Assembly (NCBI RefSeq): GCF_030144855.1
Contig: NC_082722.1
Location: forward strand, 25,048,001 to 25,112,000
Source: Hypanus sabinus
Lineage: Eukaryota
Reading direction: 5' to 3'
DNA length: 64,000 nt
Shown: positions 1 through 14,022 of the stretch, piece after piece
How the letters are laid out: every line of letters starts with the position of its first letter
Numbering within the stretch: position 1 is the first letter of the stretch
Translations under genes and position numbers: made by a program
The notes under the pieces: generated by a model
The model's input: only the letters and a program-made list of their open reading frames with translations
Told to the model about the DNA's origin: nothing
Databases searched by the model: none

Positions 1-149
1 GACACTACTGAGGGATACATTTATTTATGAGTGAGGCAGAAGGGTGGACAGTTAACCAATCAGCTTGGAACAGGAAAAAGCTTTTGAAGAACATTGCTTA
101 TGTACTTGCTGACCAAGGAGGTGTTGGGTTTGGAGGGAATGGACACAGG

Positions 150-1400
150 ATGTAAGCACTCTATAATGCCATCCATACATAATGCAGGCAAAATTAGATG
201 GTGGGAAATAGAAACCTTCCTCATTAAATAAGGAACCAGAAAAAGCTCTTTTCTCTTCACTGAATGTATTTGTTAGTTTCAGCAAAATATCAGGAAGGAC
301 ACTGATCAGAGGAAGAGTGAAGATCCCAGGCAGCAAAAGGACTGAGTGGAAGTGTCTCTGCCTTCTCAGAATAACCTGTTGTGACCAGACTGAACTGGCC
401 TTGAAATCACAGCAGAAACAAAGCCATTATCCTCAGCTACCAGTCTGATCCTCTGCTCCCCTCACCACTAGATACTCATAGGTGCCGAGAACTTAATCAC
501 AAGATCCAGAGCACACAGCAAAAACTGGGTGGAAATTATAGACAAGGTGAAGCTGAAGCTGGGATTGCAGGAATAACACTCCCATCCAACTGCAGCAAAG
601 AACCTGGCCATTGGTGTAAGACATACTCAGTATCACTGTATATAGTACAAGCATAGCCCATGCCAAACCCTGCACTGCTGCAGTCATTCAGGCTGTCTTC
701 CATCTCATTTGGAGATCAAAGATTGATTGCATCCATGGAGACATGATGCAGCAAAGGAGGAAACAACTTGCCAAACCTAGCCTTTAAACTTGATGGTTAT
801 CAGTGGTGTGTGGTTGTACCAGAGTTCCACTATGTGCTGAGGTTCTACTTATCCCTGGTTGTAAAGGAAGGTGGGAGGTTTTAATCACACACTGATAACA
901 ATATGTTCCATTCAACTGGACAGTGCTGAGCCATCTGTCACTTACAGAGGATTCAGTGTAGGGAACACCTTGCGGTCAGAGCAGTCTGCAGGCAACATTC
1001 TCCAGGCCCTATCAGATTCTCCACACACAGTCAAAGTATCAGGGTCCCACAGCTGTACTTGAAGGCAGGGGTGAGAGCTGTCAATCATCTACTTGTGTTT
1101 GCCAAGCGGCTGGGGAAAAGGGCAGAAATGGGCTTTTTGTAGAGGTACAGATAGCTGCATAGCTCAGGATTCTCTGCACCAGTGTTGCTGGCAGATCATT
1201 TGCTCTTGATGATCTTCCAATACACTGAGTTGCCTGGAACGGAGTATTGTAAGCTAAAACTTTCCGAGGACAAAGGGTTGAGGGACATATTGAAGCTTGG
1301 TGCAGCCACCATAATGACTGTTGGAAAAGACTAGTCAGTGCTTAAGGGTGCCACTGAGATTAAAACAAATGTCCCAGGCTTATTGAAAAACTGATGTCAT
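150..1400 (+). mobile_element. Highly degenerate Tx1/L1-clade non-LTR retrotransposon ORF2 remnant
   Basis: Interrupted frames give Tx1-like peptides, e.g. AVIQAVFHLIWRSKIDCI at about 680-735. No intact ORF; boundaries approximate. Confidence 0.45.
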
Positions 1401-1874
1401 GTTGATATAATGCATCTCCTGTACAGCAAACAGAATACCTGTTATTCCACAATTCCACAATACAGTGGAAGTATTGTATTATGCTTTTCCATATTCTATC
1501 ATATCATGTATTTGGAATAGATACACAGCTGAAAAGGGACGGCCAGACTTCAAACGGCTGAGCGAAAAGCCATCGTCATTTATGCTCTCTGATATGTTTA
1601 TTTGTCCTGTTACGACCATTTGCACAAATCCGAGACTAGTCTTTCATAAAGTCACAGAATTATACATCGTGGAATTCCCATGGCCCATCTGGTCCGTGTC
1701 CACCAAGGCATTTACTTAATCCACTTCCATTTGCCTGACTGAAGATCCAAATAAACACAAGAGATGCTGGTACTCCAGATAAAGGCATTGGCACAAAACG
1801 TTGACTGTTTATTCCTCTCCGTAGACGCTGCCTAACGAGCGGAGTCCTCCTGCATTTTGTGTTGGAATCGCTCG

Positions 1875-2330
1875 TGTTTACCCATATATCTGTTTGGCCA
1901 TTCACCCTTCCATCTACTTGTCCAAATAGCATTTAAATGTTGTAATTGTAACAGCCTCCAGCAGTTCCACTGGCAGCTCGTTTCATATACCCACCGCCCT
2001 CTCTGGGGAAAACATGGCTCTCAGGGCCCCTTTAAACCTTTCCCATCTCACCTTAAACCCGTTTTAGATATGGAAAGATGGCCGTGACCATTTACCCTGT
2101 CTGTGTCCCTCTTGCTTTCATAAACCTCGAAGGTCACCCTTAGCTTCTAGCCCTCCATCTTACCCACTCCCTCCCAATAACTCTGTGGTGCAGTCGGTAC
2201 TGGAGGTCTCGTGAATCTTTTCCACATCCTCTCTAATCACATTCTTTCTATTGCCCGGTGACCAGAACAGAACACAGTACTCCCAAGGGCAGTTTCGCCC
2301 ACGCCGTTTACAGCTGTAACTGGACTTAAC
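1875..2330 (-). mobile_element. CR1 LINE 3' fragment, preceded by a degenerate Penelope pLTR-type repeat at about 1750-1870
   Basis: Similar to the other CR1 3' ends in this window (12350-12800, 51530-52250). Confidence 0.55.
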
Positions 2331-3924
2331 AGTTCTTTAGACTATCAACAAATACTTCGCTTGTTGTTAACTTCTGTTTGGAAACAGGTTGTACACGAGC
2401 CGTCTCAAGTACAGAGTTTTACAAACTGGATGTTCTCCAGCCCTTTTACAAAGTTCTTTTTAATTTTGGTTTCATTATCTCCTGCCAATATGCAACAGAG
2501 ATGATAAAAATGAATACATCAGACAATAAAATTACCCTCGGCTATGAATTAACCGGCATCCTTAAACGAGAATTTACTGTAATAGCGGTAAATCGAGATA
2601 AGACAGATACTTACTAATTCCACTATCATCAATATCCCCAAGAAGGATTTGAGGAAGTATGTGTCGATTCCTTTTGGACAAAACCTGGTTCCATGTGCGG
2701 TGCTGCGGGTTCCCGTACTGGTCTGCGTGCTCACTTTATCAGGAAAGCTCGCCATAGCGCGGCGCGAACTCACACATACGCTTTCCAAGGGTTCAGCACG
2801 AAATCAGAGCAGCGTTGCCGTGGGACTTCATCGTGGCGGGCTGGTCCAGACGAGAAAAGAACCCTCCGTGGTCTGTCACCAACTCGCCCAGTAACTGAGG
2901 GCTGGTGAGGGAGTTAAACATTAACACACACTAGAATGCTGAACAATGTATATTAACTTCCTGTTGTTTTTTTTAAAACCCGATCTTACCGTCCAATCAT
3001 CACTCTGCTCCTGTGCGTATAATTAGCGCCGATTATGCGCCATCGCCCTGCTTCGCGTCCCTGCATCTCAGGCTTATTAAATGAACTTTGGGTTGACTTC
3101 TGGTCACGAAGTTCGACGCACTGGTTCCACTTTCCTTATAGCACTATCATTCCGAGGTGAATAAGCGTGTCTTAAAATTTATCGTTCTCAATAGGGTTCA
3201 GGGATCGTTATCCCTGCAACCAACGCGAGATGGTATAAGCAGAGAAAATGCTTTAAAAAAGCTAATATTTAGGACAGTGACTACATTAAAAATTGTAGTC
3301 TCCCCCATCATAGATGCAAATATTTCCGGAAAAGGTGTTGTCAAATGTAACTCCAAAATATTATGCCTTGGTACATTCTAGTGCCTAGGATGTCGTTACA
3401 TCAGAATTGTTTGTCTATTGGTTGAACCAACTGTTAAAAACAAGTTAAAAGTGCTGACCGAACCTTAGTTATGACCCTGTTTATCTGAACATTTTCATGA
3501 TAACAACCTACACACCAAGTCTTCTAATGCTGTGATAATTTCATTTGCCAGGTACATAGTTTGATTTATATGCTGGGGAAAAGAACTGTAAGACGCAGGT
3601 GGTGATAAATAAAGCACAAATGGGTAGAGTGTTATATTCATGCGGGACCATAGCACCATGATACAGCTTAACAAAAACAGCTAACTAAATAATACCGCGG
3701 AGCTGATGAAGGCTTGCGATTGTTCTGTAGGCGCTTACACTTGAATTTCCTTTAAATCAAACAATTTACGGGAATAATTTCAACCCAGTTACTTTTACAC
3801 AGTGGGGAGCAAACTCAATTCAAACCACCGTGATAGACATGCTTTCTTTACGTTTTCTAATCACTATTGCATGTCTCAACCCGGGCATTCAGACCAATGC
3901 TTAGCCAATGTCATTTCCAATCAA

Positions 3925-4405
3925 AGAGCAAAGCAAATTTATTATCAAAGTAGATATGTCACCATATGCTACCCTGAGGTTGATTTTCTTACCGGCAATC
4001 ACAGGAATTGGAAACACGATTGAATCAACGAAAACCCGCACCAGGCAGAGATGGGCAAACAATCAATGTGCAAAAAACAACAAACTGCATAAATGCAAAC
4101 ATAAACTAATAATAATAATAGTAATAATAATAATAATAATAAACAAATAAGCGATAAATATAAAGAAGGGATTTGTAGAATCCTCGGAAGGTGAGTTGTG
4201 GAATCAGTTCGGTGTTGGGGTTATTAAATTATCCCCTCTGGTTCCAGAGCCTGAAGGTTGAAGGGTAATAACCGTTCCTGAACCTAATGGCGAGGGAATT
4301 GAGGCTCATGTACCTCCTTCCTGACGGCAGCAGTGAGAAGGGAACATGGCCTGGATCGTGGGGCTCCTCGATGATGGATGCAGCTTTCCTGCGACAGCAC
4401 TCTGC
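3925..4405 (-). mobile_element. Rex1/Babar LINE 3' fragment
   Basis: Shares 'tttattatcaaagta..tatgtcaccata..accctgag' and 'tacctccttcctgacggcagc' blocks with Rex copies at 26430 and 56520. Confidence 0.6.
4107..4142 (+). repeat. (AAT)n microsatellite
   Basis: taataataataatagtaataataataataataataa. Confidence 0.9.
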
Positions 4406-5505
4406 TGTTGCTTTTTATAATACAACAGTTCATTCAGATTATGGCAAATACACAGATTCTACAGACGCTGGAAATCTAGAACAACATCCACACAAAATTC
4501 CGGAGGAACTCAACAGGTCAGGTAGTATGAAGGACCAACATTCGATATTTTGGACCAAGACCCTTGATCAGGACTGCAATTCAGATTCCCTGCATAACAT
4601 TTCTTCCAAATACTGCTCACTTGTCCTTCAGTAATATTCCTGGATCTACAGCTAAAGTAATTAAAGTGGTAGTCGATTTTGCCTCCGACTTGGCTGGCAG
4701 TCAAGTGGTGTACACAATTGACACAGCTGCCCAGGTGCAGACTCCCTGTCTGCTGCAAATCGCTCTGACATACACACAGCTCATCGAGAAAAAAACAGAC
4801 ATTCATAGACTTTACTGGAGCCTCCATTGCTTGCCGGCGTGTGCTGGTTATCCATCCACTGATTTCTAGATCACGCTGGAGTGATTCGTTTTCCCATCGG
4901 ATCCGGGGATGATGAGCTCCTCTGCTGGCTTCGATGTTAATTTGTCGAACGGAGCTTTCTTGCAAGATATAGTGTAAGAGGAAGAGCAGTGAGCTGGTTC
5001 ATGGAGGCCCAGCCGGTTTTTTACACCTCTGATGTTCAATCCGAGAAAAAACAAATACAGACATTAAGATCAATCACCTGTCCGAGATTGAAGATAAACT
5101 TGTTTCTACATTTACGTGTTCAGGGATGACTAAGACACCCATTTCGGAGATACACGGACTTTGACCCGGGGACAGATGGAGTTTGACAGGGTGGGGGAGT
5201 AAACTGCGATCTGACAACACTGCTGCTGCTGCTCTTGACCTCCATTTTCGATAGACTCAAAGTGCTCAGCACTTTCCTGGATTACATTTCTGCCACTTCA
5301 AGCACACTTGGGCAAGGAATTCCCACAGGCGAGTGAGGGGATTACACTTTATTTTTCAGGTTTAGATAATATCTGGAAAATAAGGAAGTTAAATTAAAAA
5401 GGAATTTTTTTTTAAAGTAGAGAAAGTACCAAGCATTAACATAAAGAGCAAAAGGTAACTTGAATGTGCAGGTTTTAATATATTGCAGCTATTTTCCCTT
5501 ACTAG

Positions 5506-8500
5506 TAATAAGACCATAAGATAAAGGAGAAGAATTGGGCCATTTGGCCTATCGAATCTGCTCTGCTATTTCTTCATGGCTGATCCAATTTTCCCCTCAG
5601 CTCCAATCTCCTGCTTTCTCTTCATGCCCTAACCAATTAAGAATCTATAAACCTCTGCCTTAAATATACATACAGACTTGGTCTCCACAGCTGCCTGTGG
5701 CAAAGAATTCCATAGAATCACCACTCTCTGGCGAAAGGAATTCCTCCCCATTTCTGTTCTAAATGGATGTCCCTCTATTCTGAGGCTGTGTCATCTGCTT
5801 TTAGACTCTCCCACCACAGGAAACATCCTCTCCACATCTGCTCTTTCAAGGCCTTTCACCGTTCAATAAGTTTCACCCCTCATTCTTCTGAATTCCAGTG
5901 AATACAGGACTAGAGCCACCAAACGCTCTTTATATGATAAGCTATTCAATCCTGCTTATTCCCTTGCTTTTACATTCTAGTAAAATGATTGCTAACATTA
6001 CATTTGCCTTCCTCACCACAAACTCAACCTGCAAATGAGCTTTTAGGGAGTCCTGCATAAGCAATCCCAACTCCCTTTTGCTAAAGTTTTTTTTTTGTAT
6101 TTTCTCTGCATTTTGAAAATAACCAACCCTTTCATTTCTTCAACCAAAGTGCATGACCATACTCTTCCATCTTGTGTTCCATCTGCAATTTCTTTCCCCA
6201 TTCTCCTAATCTGTCTGTCCTTCTGTAGCCTACTTCCTCAAAACTACCTGCCCCTCCACCTATCTTAATATCACCTGCAAACTTCGCTACAAAGCCATCA
6301 ATTATTATCCAAGTCATTGACATATAATGTAAAGAGAATCAGTCCCAACACAGACCCCTGTGGAACACCACTAGACACCGACAAGCTCAAAAGGCTTCCT
6401 TTATTACTACTCTTTGCTTCCTTTAGCCAGTGCTTTATTCATGCTAGAATCTTTCCTATAATGCCAATGTTTTCTTCTTAAGCAGCCTCATGTGTGGCAC
6501 CTTATCAAAGGGCTTCTGACAATCCAAGTACACAACATCAACTGATTTTCATTTGTCTATCTGGCTTGTTATTTTTCCAAAGAATTCCCACAGATTTATC
6601 AAGCAAAATTTTCTCTTGAGGAAACCATGTTGACTATGACCCATTATATCATGTAACTCCAATATCCTGAGACCTCATCCTTAATTATTGATTCCAACAT
6701 CTCCCCAACCACTGAAGTCAGGCCCACATTTTCTTTTCTTCTGCATCTCTCCCTTCTTGAAGAGTGAAGTGACATTTACAATTTTCCAGTCCTCTGAACC
6801 ATTTCAGAATCTAGTAATTCTTGAAAGATCATTACTGATCCACGATCTCTTCAGCCAGCTCTTTCGGAACCCTGGGGTGTGCACCCTCTGACCCAGGTAC
6901 TTTCAGTTTCCCAAGAACCTTCTCTTTAGTTATGGTAACTTCACACACTTCATGGCCCCTGACACCTGGAACTTCCATCATACTGCTAATGTCTTCCACA
7001 TGAAGACTTACACAAAATACTTATTCAATTCATCCACCATTTCATTGTCCCCCATTACTACCTCTCCAGCATTGTTTTCCAGTGGTCCAATATCCACTCC
7101 CACCATTCTTTTACACTTTATGTACCTGACAAAACTTTTGGTATCCTCTTTAATATTATTGGCTAACTTACTTTCATATTCCATCTTTCCTTCTTAATTA
7201 CTTCCTAGTTGCCTTAGTTTCTTTGTTTTTTTGAAAAAGTTTCCCAATCCTCTAAACTTCTCACTCATTTTTGCTTTGTTATATGTCTTCTCTTTGGCTT
7301 TGACTTCTCTTGTTACCCACAGTTGTGTCATCTTTCCTTTAGTATCCTTCCCCTTTGGGATGTGTCTTCCAAACTGCTTCTGGAAATTCCAGCCATTTTT
7401 GCTCTGCCATCATCCCTGTCAGTGTTCTTTTCCAATCAATTCTGACCAACTCCTCTCTCATGCCTCTGTTTACTTCACTATAATACTGATACATCTGACT
7501 TTAGGGTTCTTTTACCTTAAGTTCTCTGATCAATTCTGGCCAACACCCAATTCAGAATAGCTGATCCCTCGGTGGGCTCAACCGCAAGGTATTCTGAAAA
7601 GCTATCTTATAGGCACTCTAGAAATTTCCCCAGCTGGAATCCACCACCAACCTGATTTTCCCAATCTACCTGCAAACTGAAGTCTCTATTGACTATTGTA
7701 ACATTATCCTTTTGGCATGCATTCTCTACCTCACGTTGCAACTTGTAGGCCACATCCTTCCTACTGTTTGGGTGTCTGTATACAACTTCATTCAGGGTCT
7801 TTTTACCCCTGCAGTTCTTTGCTCTATCTACAATGATTCAACACCTTCTGACCTATATCACCTCTAATGTTTTGATTTCATTTTTAACCATAGCAACAGC
7901 ACCCTCAGAGCCTTCTTGCCTGCCTTCCTTCCTGGTGTATCCTTGGACGTTAAGTTCCCACCTATAATCTTCTTTCAGCCATGATTCAGTGATGCCTACA
8001 TCATACCTTCCAATCTGTAACTCTGCTTCAAGTTTGTCTACCTTATTCCATATATTGTACACATTCAAATTTAATAGCTTCAGGCCTGTATTCACCCTTT
8101 TCAATTGTGTCCATCTTTTACATTGCAGCTCATCCTGTTGACTGCAATTTCGCTCTCTTTACTACACATTGCCTCTGTTTGTAAACCACTACCTCATCTT
8201 CAGCACTATTATTGGTCTTTCTTACAATATTCCTTGTATTGAAGTACCCGCAGCTCAGGACACTAGTTGCACCATGCTCAACAATTTAATTCCTAGCTTT
8301 TTCCTTCAATCTTACCAACACCTGCTTCCACAGCCTCTCCACTAAGTGTTCTGGCACTCTGGTTCCTATCACCCTGCAACTCTAGTTTAAACACCACCAT
8401 GCAGCATTAACAAACCTTCCTGCTAGGATATTAGTACCCTCCAGTTCAGGTGCAAACTGTCCCTTATGTACAGGCCCCAGCTTCCCTGGAAGAGAGCCCA

Positions 8501-9290
8501 ATGATACAAAAATCTTATGCCCCCTCTCCTGCACTAACCCCTTAGCCATATTTTAAACTGTATAATCTGCCTAGCTCTAGCCTCACTAGCATGTGGCATG
8601 GGTAGCAATCCTGAGATCACAACCCTGGAGGCTCTGCCCTATAACTTAGCACCTAACTTCATGAGCTCCCTATACAGAAACTCATCACTCATCCTACCCA
8701 AGTCATTGGTACCTACATGGATCAAGACTTCTGGCTATTTACCCTCCTGCATAAGAATACTGAAGATTTGAGCCAAGATATCCCAGACCCTGGCACCTGG
8801 AGCCAACATACCATCCAGGAATCTTTTTCTCATCCACAGAACCTCCTGCCTGTTCCCCTAGCTAACAAATCCCCTATCACCGCAGTGTGCCTCTTCTCCC
8901 CCTTCCTTTCTGAGTCCTAGAGGCATTCTCAGTTCATTGTGTCTTTCCTGTTAGGTCATTTCTTCCCCCCCCCCCACCACTGACAGTATCCAAATCTTTT
9001 CTTGAGGGGTTGGCCACACAGAGGTACTCTGCACTGGCTCCTTAACCCCTTTCCCCTTCCTGTGTCTTGCACCTTGGATGTAACTACCTCTCAATGTGTC
9101 CTGTCACCCCCTCAGCCTCCCAAGTGATCCAGAGTTCATCCAATTCCAGCTCCAGCTCCTTAACGTGGATTTTTAGAAGCTGCAGCTGAATGCACTTCTC
9201 AGTTGTAGTTGTCAGGGACACTGGAGGTCTCCCTGTTTTCCCATATCCCACAGGAGGAGCATCCAACAAACCTGCCAGGCATCTCTACTG
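5506..9290 (-). mobile_element. Near full-length degenerate CR1 LINE (ORF1 remnant, APE, RT, 3' tail)
   Basis: Minus-strand ORF fragments YDVGITESWLKED (APE) and FVAKFAGDIKIGG (RT); ORF1-like KCIQLQLLKIHVKELELELDELW at 9084-9269; CR1 tail (cttatggtctta) near 5510. Confidence 0.85.
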
Positions 9291-10477
9291 TCTTAGCTGT
9301 TCAGAAAGGAAAAAAAAACGTAACCTTGAGCTTTTACTTGCGATTTCTCTGAATGAAACGTCGCTTCTCAAAGAGCTGAAGCCTCAAGATCACCACTCGG
9401 ACTCTGTTCACTGCCGTTGCGAAGATGGCTCTGCACTTGCCCTTGTCCTCCTTTAATTTGCTCTTGCTAATCTATCCCAAATACTGATTGGTCACTACTG
9501 TAAGCTCTTTTTCACTGTAATGACCTGCTGCTGCCTTTTGTACTTGGGTGGCGGACCTGATTAAAATCCCCTCCTCTCAAAACTTTCCATGTCTGGATTG
9601 TCTGCTGGTCAAAGCTCTTTTATTATTATTATTACAGATTTTACAATTTCCAACATCCAGAGCATTTTGCTTATTTTTTAAAATTTGTTAATTATGTGTT
9701 TTTATACTTAAGTTAAAATAATAAAATTGATTGGTCTTGTAAATGGTAAATTCAGATGTCCTTTTGGTACCGGAACATGACTTTTGTAACAGGAGTTCTA
9801 AGAGGCTGGCTAAATTTGGAAAAGGTTTTGAATGTATAAAGTGGTAAAAGAGAGTACAAAAAAATTCTAGGCCAAGTGAAAGAAATTAAGGATAGTATCG
9901 TTTTTCATAGATACAAGACCAACCGCAGCTTCTGAGAGCCAGATTCAGATTTAAACATGACCTGTGAAATTGTGTGGATATTCTATCAGTGCATTTGAAT
10001 TGGAGAAAGAAAAATACCCAACACAAGTACAAGACATTCCTTGTCATCATGTATTCCCCTTTGTTACTGTGTTCTGATAGTCACACAAAGTGAAATTGGG
10101 AGGAGGTCTATACATTTTGAGAGCTCCTTGCTGCAAGGAATCTACATCCTGGAACCAAAACATTTTCCGTTAAACACATGGTCCACTGAAACCAGATTTT
10201 CCATCATTTCCATTCAGTAATTATATTCACTCTGCTCCTTTGCTATTGGTCAATTCACTTTGGCCAACACTCCTAATTTTCTAACTTCCATTCATCCTAT
10301 TTTATCCCAGACTCTTACATGAATAGGTGATTGGAGTGGTTGCTAGTATGATAAACCTGCTAGGTTTTAATACTCTAAAATATTGCTCTTGCAAATTATT
10401 GTACAAATCATTAACATGATCTTAAACACATCAATAAAGATCACATGTGTAATAAGTACCAATTATCAAAGAAATAC

Positions 10478-10483
10478 TTTATT
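10478..10483 (-). promoter_or_regulatory. Candidate AATAAA polyadenylation signal of the JmjC-like gene
   Basis: tttatt on + strand about 1.5 kb downstream of the stop, in AT-rich unique sequence; unverified. Confidence 0.25.
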
Positions 10484-11992
10484 TCCACATATCTTACATG
10501 GATTATAAGTAACTTATGAAACTAATGTGCCAATAGACATGAATATTGCATATCAAGATAATTATTTTAATTTCTAACAACAGTAAACCTTTAAACCACA
10601 TATCCATTATAAACATGGTAGTAACTGGAATGTCATTCCTGTAAAATAAACCCAAGGTATTTAGAGAGTAAAGTGCAAATAAGATTAACACTCTGCAATT
10701 TAAAGTTCTGATGAACTAATATTAGTGTAAAATATTAATCGTTTCTCCAAAGATGCTGCATGATGTCGATTTCCAACATTTTCCTTTCCTGTTAAGTTAT
10801 TCAGCCTCCTTTAATTTGAACTTGGTGTACTTAAAAATGCACTATTTACAAAGTAACAGTAAATACAAAGGTGAATAAAAACTCCTTTATATAAAGTTAT
10901 TCTATAAAACAAAGTCAGACATTACAGAATCTAGCAAGGAGATCCCAAGCAAATCTGAAATGACTGTGTTTTGAGGATACCATCCAAACCTGACAATTAA
11001 TGTAGATGTTACTTTTTTTAAAAAAGCATAGGATAATGCCATAAGTCACCAACTCTACTTCAGTGAACACTCAAACCTGGGACCTTAAGACTGTGCCACA
11101 ATATCCAGTTGATCCAGTGAGTCACATAACTCATCTCTCAGGGTGTGCAAAGTATATGTACTTGGTGTAATGCTAGTGTCTTTAGTTTTTCCATTATTGC
11201 ATAACTTCAATTGTACCTACTGAGTAAAATCTGGCTTCACATTCACATATATTTCTAAAATTGAGTTACAAATATTTTGATAGGTTAACTCCAATTGTAA
11301 AGTTGATCATGAAAATACCTGAAGTATTCACATTTGCCACCTTTCAATTTCAATATAGCTGTTACAAAGAGGAAAGTGTGACAAAAATGCTTTTCTTTTT
11401 AATCCTATCAGGCTAATTTGAAACTTCCTTTTAAGATGAAATGATGATCTGGAGACTATAAACTCACTGTAAACCAAAGCTGGAAAAAGATAAATCACTT
11501 TTCATCTGGGTTATGAGAACATGGCAGGAACAGAGGATTAAAGAGAACTGTTTGTCTTCAGGAGAAAGCTACTGAATATGTTAACTGCAAGAATATAGCA
11601 GCTACAGGTAAACAAGAGAAACAATTCCAATCCATTAAACTGTTCAAACCATCCAGCAGGATTTTAAGTCAGAGAAAATAAGGTAACATTTTGATAACTA
11701 GAATTGAATTTGGTTGGAGCACTGCCTTTGTGAGGATTCCCAGAAAATATTGACACTTTGGTTCCAGTCTGTCTTTATGCAGAAGTAATGTTTATATCCT
11801 TGAACTCCCAATGAACATTCTTAAAAAGACCTCAAGCTGAGAGCACAATAGTCATTTCTGTTCATCACCATTTGAGGTGATGTGAATTGTTATCCAATGC
11901 ACACAGAATTCTGCAGCCTTTATCCAATGTTCTTTTAATGCCGTAACAATTTGGCGCCGTGTTTCTTTTTCTGAGGTTTAACCTTGCAGAGT

Positions 11993-12078
11993 TCAGTCAT
12001 ATTCTGAACCAATTGTAATACTGAGTTCTTCTCCCAAAATGTGAGTTTCGTGAAACCATTTATTTGTGTCCAACACAA
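11993..12078 (-). CDS. JmjC-like/cupin membrane protein (C6orf89/BRAP-related), coding exon 4 of 4
   Basis: Acceptor cttctag|, phase 1, reads (I)VLDTNKWFHETHILGEELSITIGSEYD* with the distal metal-binding His; stop TGA at 11995-11993. Confidence 0.9.
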
Positions 12079-12349
12079 CTAGAAGTGGAAGGAAGACAAG
12101 GTTATCACATCAGTTGTACTTTTTTCCAATTCATACCACCCAATCACTGTCTTAACAAATACAAGCGGTTCCAGTAAAGTGGCTGAGGTCACTGCCCCAT
12201 TACACAGTCTGCTGTACATTTCATTCATGTGCAACAGAGGTAGTAGTACAATAATCTCACATCTCCAGCCAAAATGATCAACAAAGTAAAATGTCACTTC
12301 ACTCTGTGTAATGTCCAATCTTCCCTGCAGTAACAATGAGTTGGAAAGT

Positions 12350-12800
12350 CTATTGTGCATGTCCCTTCCGCCCATCTCATGCATGCTGAATCACTATTCT
12401 GCCTAATTCCATCAATCTGTACCTGGATCACAGCCACCATATCCCACCCATCCAAACCTCTCTTAAATGTTGAAATTGAACCCACATCCACCATTTCCAC
12501 TGGCACCTCATACCACTCTCTCACCACCCTGAGTGAAGAAGTTCCCCCTCATGTTCCCCTTAAATATTCCAATTTTCACTCTTAACCAATGACCTCTAGT
12601 TCTAGTCTCACTCAATCGCAGTGGAAAATGTCTGCTTATATTTACCCTATCAAAACACCTTGTAATTTTGTATACCTCTATCAAATCTCCCCTCATTCTC
12701 CTGAAGTCCAGGGAATAAAGTCCTAGCCTATTCAACTTTTCCCTATAACTTAAGTCCTGCCAACATCCTTGTAAATTTTCTCAGCCCTCTTTCGACATTA
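12350..12800 (-). mobile_element. CR1 LINE 3' fragment
   Basis: ORF 12508-12735 NRLGLYSLDFRRMRGDLIEVYKI, the CR1 ORF2 C-terminus. Confidence 0.85.
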
Positions 12801-12859
12801 ATTTCTATACAGTTGTTCACAAATCCTCTGCCCTGGAATTTGCAGTTGAATGTCAAGAA

Positions 12860-13420
12860 TACCAGCTTGACGTCATGTTCCTTGGTTGTTTTTACCTCCA
12901 GTCCATCCTGATAGATCAGTGGAAGAGATGGGTGATTGGGATTGGAATCTGGCACAAACTATAATACAGGAAGCAGAATTTAGAATGTGCTCAAGCCTAC
13001 AGCTGATGGTAAATGAGACCACTCAGAGCTACATCAAAACAGTTGCACCTCGAGATAGAAAACAACGTGAATAGGTCTCAACATGCAGAAGGACTGAGGC
13101 AAAGGTGGACAAAGCCCCACCCAAAAGAAAGATTTCTGATGATGCAGAAGGTGTGAGATCAGAGGCTCAGTTCAGGAATGAATACGATGCTAAGGTTGCC
13201 CTGGACAGTGATCAGCGAAGGGATGGAATTGGGTGCTGGAGACCAGAGTTTGGGGCAGGGATCAAAAGCAGAAGCTACAGCCTTCCCATAGTTAATTGGA
13301 GAAAATTTCTTCAAAATGGGATGTAATCATGCAGCATGACAAAGCAGAAATAATGGAACAATTAAAAAGGAGTGTAGAACTGAGTGCTGTCAGCACATAT
13401 TTGTGATTTTGTTTCTTTAT
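12860..13420 (-). mobile_element. Old L2-like LINE fragment
   Basis: Minus strand near 13300 gives NFLQLxxGK-like RT-downstream residues across a frameshift; heavily decayed. Confidence 0.4.
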
Positions 13421-14022
13421 GTGTAAATATTAGCATCACTTGCTCAGTTTCTGCCTAATTTTTCTGTTTATTTATTTAACATTTGACTGTGATATACAGT
13501 GGCAACTTTGCCTTACTTTTTCTTCACACATAGCTAACAATCTTTTATAATTATGGATATAGCAGACTTCCTAGTTCTACACCAGGAGCAAAAAAAACAG
13601 CTACTTCAGTTAATGGTAGATTTTCTCCACTATTCCTCAAGATAGTGGCTGAAAGAAACTGAGTAGGACTGATTGCAGTTGCGAGTGTTAATAACAATAT
13701 GCAAATTGAATAAAATTACATTTGTCCAGATTCTAATTTATATAACATTCGCATTTAATGCGAGTTTTACTGTGCTCAGTTGGATAATCATGAGTTTCAG
13801 CCTTGCAGGAAAGTATCTCTGACTAAACCAGAGGATAAATTTTGTGTTTATGAAATTCATGCCTTCTCTATTTGGTGTCTATTTCTGGCAACAGTTTATT
13901 ACTTATTAAATAACATGAAAGTTCCATGATTCTGCGTGTAGCTGTTGGTGTAGTATAAAGAAACACTTTTCTGTTCATGACTGCTCTGCACTTTTAGGTG
14001 CTTTAATATCAGTCTGTTTTTG

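Larger units (their letters stand above)
1645..5245 (-). pseudogene. Possible decayed multi-exon type I membrane receptor (Ig-superfamily-like) pseudogene
   Basis: Non-repetitive CpG-rich blocks with splice-like signals. Kozak ATG at 5245; Cys-rich segment ending at donor caa|gtgagc near 4620; TM-like YFLKSFLGILMIVELVSICLISIY followed by basic residues (ORF 2549-2788); tail with TMYNSV near 1650-1700. Several stops and frameshifts. Confidence 0.25.

Noticed and set aside
4510-5130. Frame interrupted by TGA codons as a selenoprotein
   Set aside because: No recognisable selenoprotein motif or SECIS, and the frameshift-like pattern fits decay or non-coding DNA better.
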